DNA of 64,000 nucleotides from the human T2T-CHM13v2.0 reference genome, Homo sapiens: assembly GCF_009914755.1 (NCBI RefSeq), contig NC_060927.1; one strand, given 5' to 3'. Position numbers and translations under genes: made by a program. The notes beneath the pieces were generated by a model. The model worked only from the letters and a program-made list of their open reading frames with translations. It was not told where the DNA came from and searched no databases. Positions 49,152 to 63,924 of this stretch are shown piece by piece; positions within the stretch are counted from its first letter, which is position 1, and every line of letters starts with the position of its first letter.

Positions 49152-51953
49152 AGAGTTGTGGTTTCCTTTTCATGTTTTTGCTTCATAAAGTGTACCACGA
49201 ATCTAACAGCAATATTATATTAAATGTACATGTTTGCAGTAAATTACACCCTCATTTAAGAAATGTGGAAAAGTTGGGGGGAAAGAGGAAATCTTAAAAC
49301 TGAGTTAAGTCAGCAGTTCAGCAAGTGCTTACGAAAGACAGTCAAAATATAGGCAAGTTACTTTAAATGGGTATTATTTGTCCTTACTTTCCCAATGTAG
49401 GCAAGTGCCTGTGATATAACAATTTAGGGAATAATGGGAGAATAAAAAGCATATTAGTTTCAATCAGATTTCCTGGCATATATCACAGACCCTAAGGAAT
49501 TACAAAGACAAAAAAGCAAGCTCTTTGGTTTCTGCATGGTTCTTTGCAGACTACAAGGCTGCCCCTGCAAGCACTTGGATGAAAAGACCGGGATTCTACT
49601 GGAAGTTTGCACTTTCCCCACATCAGCCAAGATGGGTAAACTGCCTTAACACAAAAGTCACATGCCCCACAAAATATTTCCTTCTATCTCAAAACAGTAT
49701 TAGCTTCTTTAATCTAAGAAGGTAATGAGAGGTTTTTAAACTGATTAAATCAGCTTAGTTCATACAAAGTCTATTATGATTAAATATTCAATTAAAACAA
49801 TTTCCAAACCAAAATCTGACAAAATCCTCTCTGAAAGTAATTTAGATGATAGGTTTTTAACATTAGGCAAATTAAATCCTTCTCACAGTTGGTATTTTCT
49901 AAAGGGTCAGAAACAGTTGCAGAAGTTCACTGGGGCAAAAATCTACTTTGTGTGCTAGTCATGTTCCATGATCATAAACAGAAACTAGAAATATTAACGT
50001 GAGCCTAACATTCCTATTTATTTTTACTTCAAAGGCTACATACATGCAAAAGTTGAACATGTCATCACAAATGCTTTAAATAAAGTTCAAAAAATAAAAA
50101 TACTTCAAAATCCATTTACTTATGGAAATATACATGACAATTAGAGTGAAGTCAATTATATCCTTTTTTCAATCAGAAAAATACTTATATTATAAAAAAG
50201 TTTTAATTCATGTCCAGAATAATTTTTTAAAATTCTTGAGTCATAATTTTAAAACAAGTTGAATGTTAGTACAATGTTTGGAGAAACAAGTCCTAGGCTT
50301 TTGCTAACTGGATCTGATATTCTTATACTTCATTTTGAAATCACTAAGGAAACTCAAGTTTAGGGAAAAAAAAAAAGCATTTTAAGAAACCTATGATGGT
50401 AAGTATTATGGCTGAGGTGGTTACTAACCAAGTGAAGGGCACAACTTCCATAAGCAGATAATGTTCAAAGTCCTTTAAAATGTTTGAATGGAGAATTTTA
50501 TCTACAAACACATAGTGGAGGCTTAAAGTAGCCTCAAGTCTCTCTGCTGGTCAACACTGCAAGAGGAATTAAAAATCCCAGGTACAGTGAAGTTCTGAGT
50601 GCACTGCCCTTTTGAAAAATGTGTGAGCAGGCACTAGCTCCCGTGACTCCAAAGCCGACTGGGGGAAGTGTCTTCAGATGGCCCTGCCCTTTATCAGGCA
50701 AAAGCAGCCAAAGGCTTGGCAAAGTCAGGAGAGGGAAATCAGCGTATTCTGAGCTAGTCTCCATGGTCCAGAGGATGACCATTTCCTTCTAATAAAACCA
50801 ATATTTCTTTGGTAGCATAATACAATATATATCAACAATCCCAATAATTCATATGAGCAGAATGCACTCAAAGTTCAACTTTGTAAATGTTCACATGCAT
50901 CCTGGAAATGAGATTTAACTTCCTGCACCTACATGAAAAAGGGTGGGGACAGCTGCCCAGGCTGGAGGACTACTGATGATGAGAAATGACACACAATGTG
51001 AGCAGGGAAAGGGATCATTTAACAAAATGTGTTAGCGTTGACTGGGAAAGAAAGCCCTAAGTGGGTAAACACACCCGAACTTTGCAAGGAGCTTAATTCA
51101 AACAATTAAAATATCACCTTCTCTTTAAATCAGAAACATCAGGTTTCCTATTGGAAGAAATCCCTTGCTACCACTCTAAGCCTTTGGTTGAAAAGGCCAA
51201 ATTAAAATTCGGGTTAGAAATGTTTCCACAGAGGGTCCAAAGACTTAGAGCTTGATTTATATCCTGATACTGAATTGTGATTATAGTTTTCATGTTATGC
51301 AATCCAACTATTATTTTCCTTTTATCACTAAAAAAAAATGTTTTAAAAAGGAAAATTAAAGATTTGTGTGCTGTCAGTGCAAAATCACATTAAGTATGGT
51401 TTTTCTTTTCCCTGGGACAGAAAAAAACAATGCCCAGCTCACAGTACATAGGAATGTGTCACAACAAATAATCAGAAGACAGATTTCTCCAAGCTAGTGT
51501 TCCTCCTTGTACAGTGTGGTATTCAAAAGCAGTATTGTCACGATTATGCATATTCTCATTAACTAGGTACAGCAGAGCTACTTAAAGGGAAACCCATTTC
51601 TTGTGCCTCAATGAAAGGGGAGTGTAGAAAACAATAATTAGGCTGAATAAGGAATTTTAAACGGCAAAAAAAAAAAAAAATCAGAGTGAAAAGAACAGAG
51701 AATTTAGAAAGCCAAAAAAAAAGTTTTTTGTGTGTGTTTTTTTTAAAAAGCAAGTAATGTGACGGTAGAAACCCACACAATCTCCCCCCACCCCACCTGC
51801 CACTTTGAGTCCTAATTGCCCATCTGCAAGGACAGAAACCCACTCTAAATTGACCAGCATCGGCTTCGGCAAGTCTTCTCTTCACTCTCCCTCCTGTTAA
51901 GACCGTTTCCAAAACCAATCAGCAAAGGACAAAGAATTCTTTACAGAGTGCAA

Positions 51954-52000
51954 TTAGTGTTTTCCACGTCCACCTTCAAAAGCATGATGCTCTTCATGGG
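51954..52000 (-). CDS. EIF4E3: EIF4E3 last coding exon, coding part (47 nt): (P)HEEHHAFEGGRGKH-stop
   Basis: Long polypyrimidine tract then ctgtcctttag|CCCATGAAGAG...CACTAA. TAA at 51956-51954. Known eIF4E3 C-terminus. Confidence 0.97.
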
Positions 52001-52631
52001 CTAAAGGACAGAAAAAAAACAAAAAAGAAAAAAAGGAAAGAAAACTTTAAGCAAAGGATGGGCCAACCCTCCTCTAGGCATCTCATTCAGCTTCCCCAAA
52101 TGTTGGCAAGAACTCAAACACCTTATTTATTTATTTATTTTTTTGCCAGTAACTGTTAGCTAAGGCGTGCATTTCCTGAGAAACGTAATAATGAAAATTA
52201 AAACAAGGAATAAACAAGCAATGGGCATGCTGCCTGTTTCTTCTTGCTGTGCCTGGGAGGATGAGTCATCTCAGCAAGCCGATGAAGAGAGTATGTTGGG
52301 CTGCAAGCAAATGCCGCAGGGGAAAATGTGCCCCACAAAATGCATTGCAGGGGGTGGGGAGAGGGGGTGCCTGACACAACCCAAGACAGAGCCGCTTACA
52401 AGCCTATCTTTAAAAATAAACTAAAAATAAAACAAAACAAAGAACCACACCAGGGTGACAGCAATTATATCTAGGTGCCCCTGCTCCCTACCTCTCAACA
52501 CTCTCCATGGGAAATGAAGTTTCATAAAATTGCTAAGTTTTATTTTTCCAAATCAAGTTTCCCCCTGCCAATAGATATTCAGACCTATCATCTGGCTTGC
52601 AAAATTACTAATTTTAATTAGGAACTCTAGA

Positions 52632-52995
<364 letters not shown>

Positions 52996-53244
52996 TAAAG
53001 TAGAAGATGCCACAGGGAGACCTACGAAATACATAACATTTTCTCTAAGGCAAAAGACTGAGTGTGACAATCTACCTCCCGGATCTGGTTAACCATTACC
53101 AGGAAGCAACGTCTGATAAAGGTGGGGTGATTCAGGACTCTGGGTGCTTTGATCCCCAACACGCTACCCACACTTAGCAGTGAATGGGGTTCTAGGGAGG
53201 CAGATGGGCTGGCCCATTTCACCTTTTAAGCCCCTTCCAGTTCT

Positions 53245-53574
<330 letters not shown>

Positions 53575-53813
53575 TAAGGACTAAATTCTTCAGACTATTG
53601 CTGAGGGGGTGGATGGAACGGGCCTATTTTCCCTTCAACATCATCTTGGACGTTCACCCCAACCTACTCCGCACTTGGATGAAACACTGGGAGAGATGCA
53701 CTTTATACCTCCCAGGTCACCTCAGGTTGGCCATACTCCTAAGGGCAGCCTGAAATCTGAACTAATTTAATAGAACATTTCTCACAGCTTTAACTTTGCA
53801 AATATTTCACATT

Positions 53814-53816
<3 letters not shown>

Positions 53817-53850
<34 letters not shown>
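53817..53850. repeat. (TG)17 microsatellite, (CA)17 in the pre-mRNA
   Basis: Direct read. Confidence 0.95.
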
Positions 53851-53856
<6 letters not shown>

Positions 53857-54187
53857 TTTTAAGAAAGATATTTAGGGAAGATATCGAAGAAAACACGCTT
53901 TGATCTGCAAGGAAATTACACTATGCTTCAGGGTCAAGTAGAGGTACCATAGAACTACAGTGACCTGGTTTCCAAACAATAAATCCAGATATACAGACTA
54001 TCCAAAGATCTGTGTTACTTCTAGGTGTGAGGGGCAGTCTGGGGTGGTCATAGTTGCAAACTACAATGTTGATGGGTTAAAGAGACAGTACAACAGAACA
54101 TTCAGAATTGGGAGTGCCTAGTGAACAGGTGTACTGTCAGCCTTAGGTTACCTTGGGTAGAAAGGGATTATAGAATTGCTCTAAGCC

Positions 54188-54790
<603 letters not shown>

Positions 54791-56319
54791 AGAGCGGAGA
54801 GGGTAACACAGAGGGCAGATTTGGGCTCCAGCTTCCTGCTGTAAACAATTCTCACGCCAGAAAAGACCTTTGTCACTCAGCTGTTCTGAAGAACTTAGCA
54901 GAATTGGCCAGGGTGGGGCTGGTCAGTGAGTGGAGTCTGTGCATTGTGAGTTTCTCAGTCAAATAATGTGTATCCATATCAAATGTAAGTTATCAATGGC
55001 CCAATGCCCATCTACCCGCTAGAGGCCATGACTGAATATGCTTGGGTTCTTTCTACATGGAAAATCTACAGTCACCTGGCTTATGTAAACTTGGGAATAC
55101 TTACACTAGGATCCTATTAACCAAACCAGAGTAAAAGCATACATTGGCCATTTCTAACTTAGCTTACCCTGCTGTGAAAAAGATTTCAGCCCAAATCTTA
55201 TTTTTCCAAATTACTTCTGCAGCAAGTAGTGTATACCCTGCTGAGTAAAGGACTGCCTGCTTTGTTTACAATAAAGAAAACTGCTTGTTTTTTTTCAAAT
55301 TCAGATTTTTATTTGAACAATCTTTGAGTTTTTAAATGCCAATTTATGCCCTTAAAGTATGAATTTCTGCTGAGACCCTTCCTCAGTTCTGTATTACATA
55401 CTTTGCAATGGCCCCTACCTTTAGGTATCTATTTGATTTAACTGGCCAAGTTGCAGTTTTCTTTCCCCTTGTTTGGCTTTTTTCTTTCCCAGAGCCATCA
55501 CAACAGCTAAGCAGTGAATCATCCTGCCCTTTGACAATCTTATCTGATTATTGCCATGGCCCTAAAAACTAGCCTAACCACTTTGTGGCCTTATTATCTG
55601 ATAAAACAGATATCTTATTATCTGTGTTGAGCCTGCTGCTAACCAATGTGCTACCTGGAAACTTAATCATAGAATTTTGCAGTAGAAGGAACCTTGGAGA
55701 TCATCTAAGACCAACCTCCTCGATACTCAGATGAGAAAGGTAAAGGATGAGAAGTTGTGACTTGCTCAAGGTCACACTGGTGAAGTGGGACAAAAACCTA
55801 AAGTGCCTGACTTAACGACCCCAAATTGGTGTTCTCCTCTTTAGAGTCAAGTGTGGAGCTGGTTCAAAGGTGGGAAAAAATGTTTTAGCCCCATACATAA
55901 ATGCCAATGAAATACACTTCCGTCTATAGAGTTTCTGCTAGTCTTGTGAAATAAAAAAAAAGAAAAAACCCTTGATGACCTTTCAATTAATATCTGGGGT
56001 GAAAATACAATTAAAGTATCCCTAAAGAATAAAAATGGCATCGGCAAATTGGCAACTTCTACACCACGCAGCCAATAAGCAACTTCTGCAGTGCCATTTT
56101 TCTGTCTCTTTTAAACTTCCATTTAAAATTCAGAATATCTGTAGTGCCAGATCAGTCCCACTGCTTAACATCTAGGTCATTTGGCCTGTAATTATATGAT
56201 TCCTTACAGGGAGGCCTTAGTGTTAATATCCCCTGTCATACTAGGATACTCACAAAACAAAATTTGATTTTTTTATCCTTTTTTGGCAAAGAGTTGGAAA
56301 AAGTGAAGCAATAATGAAA

Positions 56320-56496
56320 TGTATTTCAGCAATTCTAAGACGCACTCCTCACAACTACCACACATATATTTGAAGACCTCTGGTACCAATAATGTGTTAC
56401 AGTTTAATTGGGAGCCTTTTATTTTTCTTTTTCAGTAATACTAAAATAATGGAGCATTTTATCTTCAAGAGCATCTTAGATTCAATGAAATACGGT
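56320..56496. mobile_element. MER104-like TcMar-Tc2 MITE
   Basis: Imperfect TIRs gtatttcagcaattctaaga / tcttagattcaatgaaatac. Confidence 0.6.
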
Positions 56497-57201
56497 AGTT
56501 AAAAAATGGGTTACTGACTCCAGGAACAGTTTTGGATATAGGAAATTTATCATACATGTGTAGGGCTGTCGTCCTTTTCTCTAACTCTGTTAAATGTGTG
56601 ACCTGCAGTCTGATCTACCAAACATTGGTTTAATAGCACTAAGATGTTTTCATTATGAAAAAGAAGACTTTTTCAAAAGAGCACACAAAAGCAATGAAAA
56701 TGAATCATGATGGAAAACAATGGGTCCACACACCTATTCATACTGTTAACATTTCACCACTAGGCGTGAATTCTCCCTCAGTTCTGTGTCATAGTCATTC
56801 ATAATGAGGAAGTATTAGCATTTCAGTAGAACATTCAATCACGCCTGTGCTCAGAATGCATTTCTTCTGCAAATACAGATGTTATACATTATAAATTCCT
56901 GTTTATGAAGGGATGATTGAATATCTACCTGCCAGTTCATATAATGACATTTTTGTTATTGTTGTTTCCAATAGAATGTAATTTTTTTTCTGAGAATTAC
57001 AAATTTGAGTTCAGGTACAAATTTTTGAAATAACAAATACAATATTTGTTATTTCGTTTTCTGATCCACGCAGTTAGGCAAGAATAAAATCTTACTTTAA
57101 TTTCTGAGACTAAGCTTGTTTTTTTTAAAAAAAAAAAAAACTTAAATGTATTTTGTTGAATTATTTTCTGAATTATCAAATTTCAAGTAAATCTGCCTTC
57201 A

Positions 57202-57525
<324 letters not shown>

Positions 57526-58719
57526 TTAAGGATAAGATGGAAAAAAGAAGGTGGCACAAGATAACTTGTAAGAAATAATTGTTTCTATGGGGAATCACTG
57601 GAGGAAAGCAAGTCAGTGCACAAAAGCTGTAGCAGTCACATCACATTTATCCAGGGACTTAGATAAAGTGTTCCAGCCAAATGCATTTTCCAGATAAGTA
57701 ATTTACCCTTTTTAACATTACCAAAGCTTTGTGACTATTTCTTACTCTGTTTTGATGAGACTTTTTCTAAAATGGGTTGCATAATTCCCTGCCCTCTGAA
57801 AGCCAAGTGAACTGAAATGAACTTTTCCTTGATGCCTTGCTGTCTTTGTTAAGGAGAGCAAGAATTTCTCCTGACTTCCTGCCAAGCTTTCAGGGACCTT
57901 GGAGTGGTCAGCGCTATCTGCCCCAACACGAACTGGAGCCAGATTGTGCATTCTCGACTGCTCATCTGCTTTCTGCGGTTTACTTGTCTGCTCCTTTCCT
58001 ATGAATTCTTCCTGCTTCCTGATGCCTCCCTCTAGAAATCCCTTTTCTGGTTTTGGGCATTATATACTGTGGGCTAGAGAGCCAATGACCATCTGTTAGC
58101 ACTGTGTATAGAGTGAGAGTAAAATCTTCTGAGTACAGCTCTGCTATTATAGGATCGTCCTTCAATGAATGAACGTTAAGGCATTTATCCACATTGATTA
58201 AGGTGGACTTTTTTTAAAAAACAAAATTCCAGATTAGGGCTGTCTTGCACATAGTTGAGAACGGCGGATGGATAGTAAGGTGTTATACTGTTTTATCCTC
58301 CCTTGCAGCCACTTTGTTTACATAAATTTGCAGCAAAATGAAAGGAATACAAACTTTTGATTCTTTGTTTCCTTGTTCATGACACGGTAATGCAATACGG
58401 TCAGCTCTCTGCACTTTCATAAACAGTATCAATATGTAATACGTGAGAGATAAGCATTATCAATATGAGAAAATTTTGCTTTAGTTAGTATGCTCTGCCT
58501 AATTTGCTGGCCTCTGTAAATCTAAATATTCATGCCATCAGTTTTTCCAATTGTCTTCTGGAAGTTAAAACATTTTAGTATTAGGATATAATTTAAATAA
58601 AAACATATCCAATTTACTAAAAGAAATAATCGGCAGTAAAGTAATTCCTTTCTTTTCTCCATTCTTCCCTTCTCTTTCTCCCCCTCTTCCTTCTTTTCTT
58701 TTTTAAAATGAATTTGATC

Positions 58720-59000
58720 CTGGCTAAATGTGTATGACTTGACACTAAAAATGAGTCCACTTACGTAAATACTCAAAACCAGGGAAAATTAGCCTATAAT
58801 GTTAGAAGTTAGACTGGAGGTTACCTTTGAAGGAAGGAAAGAGAGCAGGGGGGATCCTGGCGGGCTGGTAATGTCCTGCTTGTACATCTGGATGCTAGTT
58901 ACAGTTGTATGCTTACTTTGTGAATATTTATCAAACTGTACACATACGACGTGTGCAATCTTCTGTATATATGCCACATTTAAACAAAAGAGTCAAAAAA
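58720..59000 (+). mobile_element. Old L1M(E)-like 3' end
   Basis: gttagaagttagactggaggttacctttg...catctggatgctagttaca. Confidence 0.55.
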
Positions 59001-59866
59001 CATAGTACCTTGTCATGGCCATTCACAGAAACTTATTATCCCATCAAGAAAATATTTTTAGATACAGATTCTTTACTTTCTAATTTACACTTTAAAAATA
59101 ATCTTGCCAGAGATCAATGTTATATTTTATGTGAAAATAAAAATCATCAAATAAAAAGAGAAGCTTTGCAGTTTACCACTTTCAAGAGTGGCCATGAAGT
59201 CACATCACCCTTTTGGGGAAATGTTCATGTCTCCAGTCTTTTGGTGTTGCCCATTTCTACCCTATTGGTCAAAGCGTAATGTAACTGATGGATGCCGAAC
59301 TGTCAATATTTCAGTTTGGTTTGGCTCTTGGTAACCAGGCACAGTTACTAGCACAGCACTTTCACAAATGGCTCGGTAAAAAAAGGCTGCAACTCTTATC
59401 CAAAGGCAGATCCATTAGCAAACATGTAATATTCATAAGTAGAATCAACCAGCAAAACCTTGATTATTTTAGGGTACTGGCAGCATAAGACATTAGAGCT
59501 GGGAGGAGCCACTGCTTAAAGATGAGGGGAGTGAGGCCCAGAGAGATTAGCTGACTTGCTTAAAGTGTCATAGCTAGTTAATGGAAGAGCTAATGGTTAA
59601 TAGTTAATGGTGCGCTCATGTCCCAAGTCAACCACAAAACAATTGGTCTTCTTTACTCAATACTGGCTATTTATTACCACTTAGACTATTTTTCCCTGGT
59701 TCTGGAAACAGGAATAATTCATGCAGAAAACTTCCTCTCCCAGGGATTTATGTGTTTATAATTATACACAGGATACATTTTTGGCTGTATATTATCAAGT
59801 TGCTAAATACTCCCTATTAAAACAGAAGGAATCTGTACTTATAGACAAATTTATCTTAACCCAGGT

Positions 59867-60166
59867 CTTCTTTTTTTTTTTTTTTGAAACAGGGTCTCAC
59901 TCTGTCACCCAGGCTGCAGTACAATAGCGATCATAGCTCATTGCAGCCTCTATCTCCTGGGCTCAAGTGATCCTCCCACTGCAGCCTCCAAAGTTGCTGG
60001 GGCTATGGGTGTATGTCACTATGCCCAGCTAATTTTTGCATTTTTTGTAGAGACAAGGGTCTCTCTATGTTACGTAGGGTGGTTTTGAACTCCTGGCCTC
60101 AAGTGATCCTCCCATCTTGGCCTCCCAAAGTGCTGGGATTACAGTCATGGGCCACCACGCCCAGCG
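59867..60166 (-). mobile_element. Alu (AluJ-like), intronic
   Basis: Alu consensus match. Confidence 0.9.
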
Positions 60167-61060
60167 CAGGTTTTATCTTAACTGAATAAAAAGTGGTGTA
60201 AGAAGTAAGCAAAACAGAAGTGGAATGATTGGAACTGCTCACGAGATGAATCTGAAATGTGCCCTGGGACTGGCAAGGCCTACAGGGCTCTCAAACACGG
60301 CCCCATCTAAGACATCTGAGGGACAACTGATCATTGTCATTAGCTAAAAAGAAAAACTTAACTGAAAGCTGGGGAAGAAAAATAGTATTCTAAATGTTAC
60401 TTCAGGAGCATTCAGAAGGAACTACCCCAAAAGAAAACAAAACTTTAAACAAGCAATTAAATTCTGCTCTTTGAATGGGTTCATGATAAACACAAAGCAA
60501 AACAAAAGCTTTTTGTTTTGCTCTCAGAAATACCCTGGGTATTTGAAAATGGTCTCCAAAGAAAAGCCCTGAAGAACTTCTGTCTTATCCTCCACTGTGA
60601 GATCACAGGATATAATGGTGAGCATGTCCCCACCGACCACTCTAGTCCTCTTTGAGCAGGGGACAGAGAGAACAAGACGAAGGGGTTAGGGGTTGAGAGG
60701 GACAGAGAGGATTGTGCCTGTCCACCTAAAAACTTCACTAGACACTGAAGACACTTTCCCCTTCTGGAAGAACTGGAACAGATAATGGAACCTACTACCA
60801 ATTGTGTTAAGGGCCCAGTTAATGTGAGATTTTTCTTTTCTGCCTATTTATTTTGGACAGATGGTTATAGATACTATTAAATTAAGCTAAGAGGGAAAAA
60901 TATACATGAATATATACATACATATATAAATATGCACATATGTAAATATGCATATGGACACAGACACACATATCTAACACTGAACACGAAAATCACATGA
61001 AAAAAAATTGAGTAACTTTGTAGTTCCAAAATAAACAACTTCAAAACATGTAAAAAGTCA

Positions 61061-61270
<210 letters not shown>

Positions 61271-61969
61271 TTATCCTCAGGAGCTAAACAAATTATGTTT
61301 TCTTCAACTTCACATGCACTTTCTGTGCCCATACTTGGAGTCCACAGACACCTCCAAATCCTAGGTGCAAACACTTATCACCGTGGCATATTTTTCATTG
61401 GTTTACAAATAACTTTACACAGATACAAGTGAGCCAAAGTCTGGTAAAAGCTAATCTCTAGTGAAACCCCTGGTGAAATTCAGAAGAATTTCTAGGGAAA
61501 ATGCATTCAAATGACTTAAAACTTTCAAATTTCTTTACCTCTCACTGATTCAAAACATAGAAGCTGATTATATGTGGATGCTATTAGTAAAATCTTTCTC
61601 TTCAAAATCCTTTCTCTGTTTTTCTTACTACTTATAAGGTACTTAAAAGGTTACACAAGTAAAGAACACTTAAGGACATTTCTTGTTTATTTAATACTAG
61701 AGTCTTGGGAAATTCCATTCATTTGAGGCAGACTGTTTATGGCAGGCGATAGAACTTTATGTAAGAATGTATGTAATTTCCCTGGAAGATTCAGTGCACG
61801 CCCCGGTCTGCCTCCTACCAATGAGAAATACTGGAGTTTCTTTCTCCTCATGATCTAATAGTGGCATCCAATAGACAGCTACATTATTTCCACACACATT
61901 ACTTCCTTTGAAAAGTTCTTGGTCCCATTTATCCTCCTTCCTGTGATTCACAGGCTCCAAATTGCCCCC

Positions 61970-62250
61970 AAACTAGGTTTGAATCCTTAGAGGCTGCTTG
62001 CTATCTGCAAACCAGATGGGTTAACAACCTCTCTGGTCATCAGTTTCTTTAGGTGAACAAGGAAATAATAATAGGTCCGACCTTCCAGGGCTGTTGTGGG
62101 TATGAAATTAGTCAACAAGTGTGCACAAAGGGCTTAGTACAATGACTGCAATAAAAGGGCTTAACATTTAAGATCCATGCCATAAACAGCTGTGTGTTTG
62201 CTACATTCCAAGTGCTCAATACATATTAACTATAATAATAGTGTGTATTA
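61970..62250. mobile_element. MIR remnant
   Basis: ggtttgaatcc...cagtttctttagg...agggctgttgtgg. Confidence 0.55.
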
Positions 62251-63719
62251 TTATGTCCTCACAAGCTTAAAGCAGTCTCGCTGAATCTTTAACCAAGGCC
62301 ATGGCAGTTAGCCAGGGAACTGAAAAGTGACCTTTCATTCTTTTCTTTTCTCTTTCCTAGCCTGTCCCTTCTGGTCTATGAGTCTCCCACCTAGGAATCA
62401 TTGCTTCCGTTTTCTATCTGTCCAGCTACACTCCTTCAAGCTGTTACTGATGAAGTTGAGAGCTGCGAGAGGCTGTTAGGGGAAGGGAGACTTCACCCTT
62501 CTGCTTTGAATTCAGACAGGATTGGCCCACAAGACTCCCACTGGTTGATGATGAAAAGTAGGCTAAACTGCCTGGGATGAGGGCATTTGCACGGATATGA
62601 AAGCGTTATTATTTGAGACCCAACGCAGCCAAGTGAGCTAACAAGGAGAGGACAAAACTGCCTTTCAGCCGCTTTTCAAGGAATGTTGACATCATGATTA
62701 CTTCTACTAGAGTTCAAAGTCTAGTAAATAAAGTGAGTAAATAAAGAACATGGAAAGGCAAAAAGTGTTCACAGTGAAATTTTAAGAACACCTTATATTC
62801 CCTCATTCTCTTATATTCTCTGCTGCCCTGATATTTTTCATTATGTATGCCAAATAACAGTAAAATGTTGGAGCTTCAAATCTTGACTAATAGTTTGCAC
62901 CTTTGACAAATAAATCTGGTCATGTCTTTAGGTATGTTCTTATAGTAAAATGACTCCAGCTCAAGCATATGGGTCCCTGGAGACATTTCAGTTCTTTGAG
63001 CTTATCCACATGAAAGAAACCATGAAAAGGTAAAACTGCCTAGCACTTCCCCTTTGTCCATTTTCAAAGAAGCTTTTTAGTTTCCCAGGGCTTAAGATAA
63101 CCGATTTTAATGTTCACGTTCATTTCCAGTCAATAAGATGAATTAGAGCTCACTCTGGGAAATCTGGGTTTCTGAGACTTGATCACTGCAAACCAGCATC
63201 CCACCAGGTCATCACACCATCCAGGTTCTCATCGGCCCCAGAGGGAGATGGAGCATAGTCTCTCATGAAACCCCAAAGGATAGTGAAATGCCAAGCCTCC
63301 CTATTCTCTGTGACATGGTCATTCTCAGAACTGCTTTTGTTCCCCCTGTAGAGGAGGGAAGAGCCTTTGGAAGGAAAGATCCTGCTTCCGACTTTGTAAA
63401 ACCATATGCAACATGTTGGTCATGGCTGTCAAGGGAATGACCACCATAAAGACATTCACCCAGCTTTTCTGTGAAGTTCACAGGCATTTACTCCTGCAGA
63501 CTGCATGATACAGTCACATATTACACCACGTCTATAGAGAAGCACAATTATACACTTTCAAGGTGACAGTGAAAGGCAGAAAATCATCAAGGTCAGAACA
63601 GAATTTCTCACCCCCAGCCTGTTTGGGGACTGCCAGGTAAATAGGCTATCTGCAAAGCACAAAATGCTGATGACAGGCAGTCAACAACTCCAAGCCTCGC
63701 CGGTTCTAGAAGAGGATCA

Positions 63720-63839
<120 letters not shown>

Positions 63840-63924
63840 CTACATACAGTTAGATTAAATATCTCTTCATACATTTAGTTTAACAACAGATGACCTTAAA
63901 AACAAAATAGTTGGGCATTTTTCT

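Larger units (their letters stand above)
42686..51953 (-). other. EIF4E3: EIF4E3 long 3' UTR (longest form ~9.3 kb; distal end approximate)
   Basis: AT-rich, Alu-free sequence directly after the stop codon, ending near an ATTAAA with a U-rich downstream element. The length agrees with my recollection of a ~10 kb mRNA. Confidence 0.7.

Noticed and set aside
51559-51918. 119-aa minus-strand ORF just after the EIF4E3 stop, or stop-codon read-through
   Set aside because: Non-ATG start and runs through U-tracts. The stop is UAA-U, not the leaky UGA-CUAG context, and another in-frame UAA follows 19 codons later.
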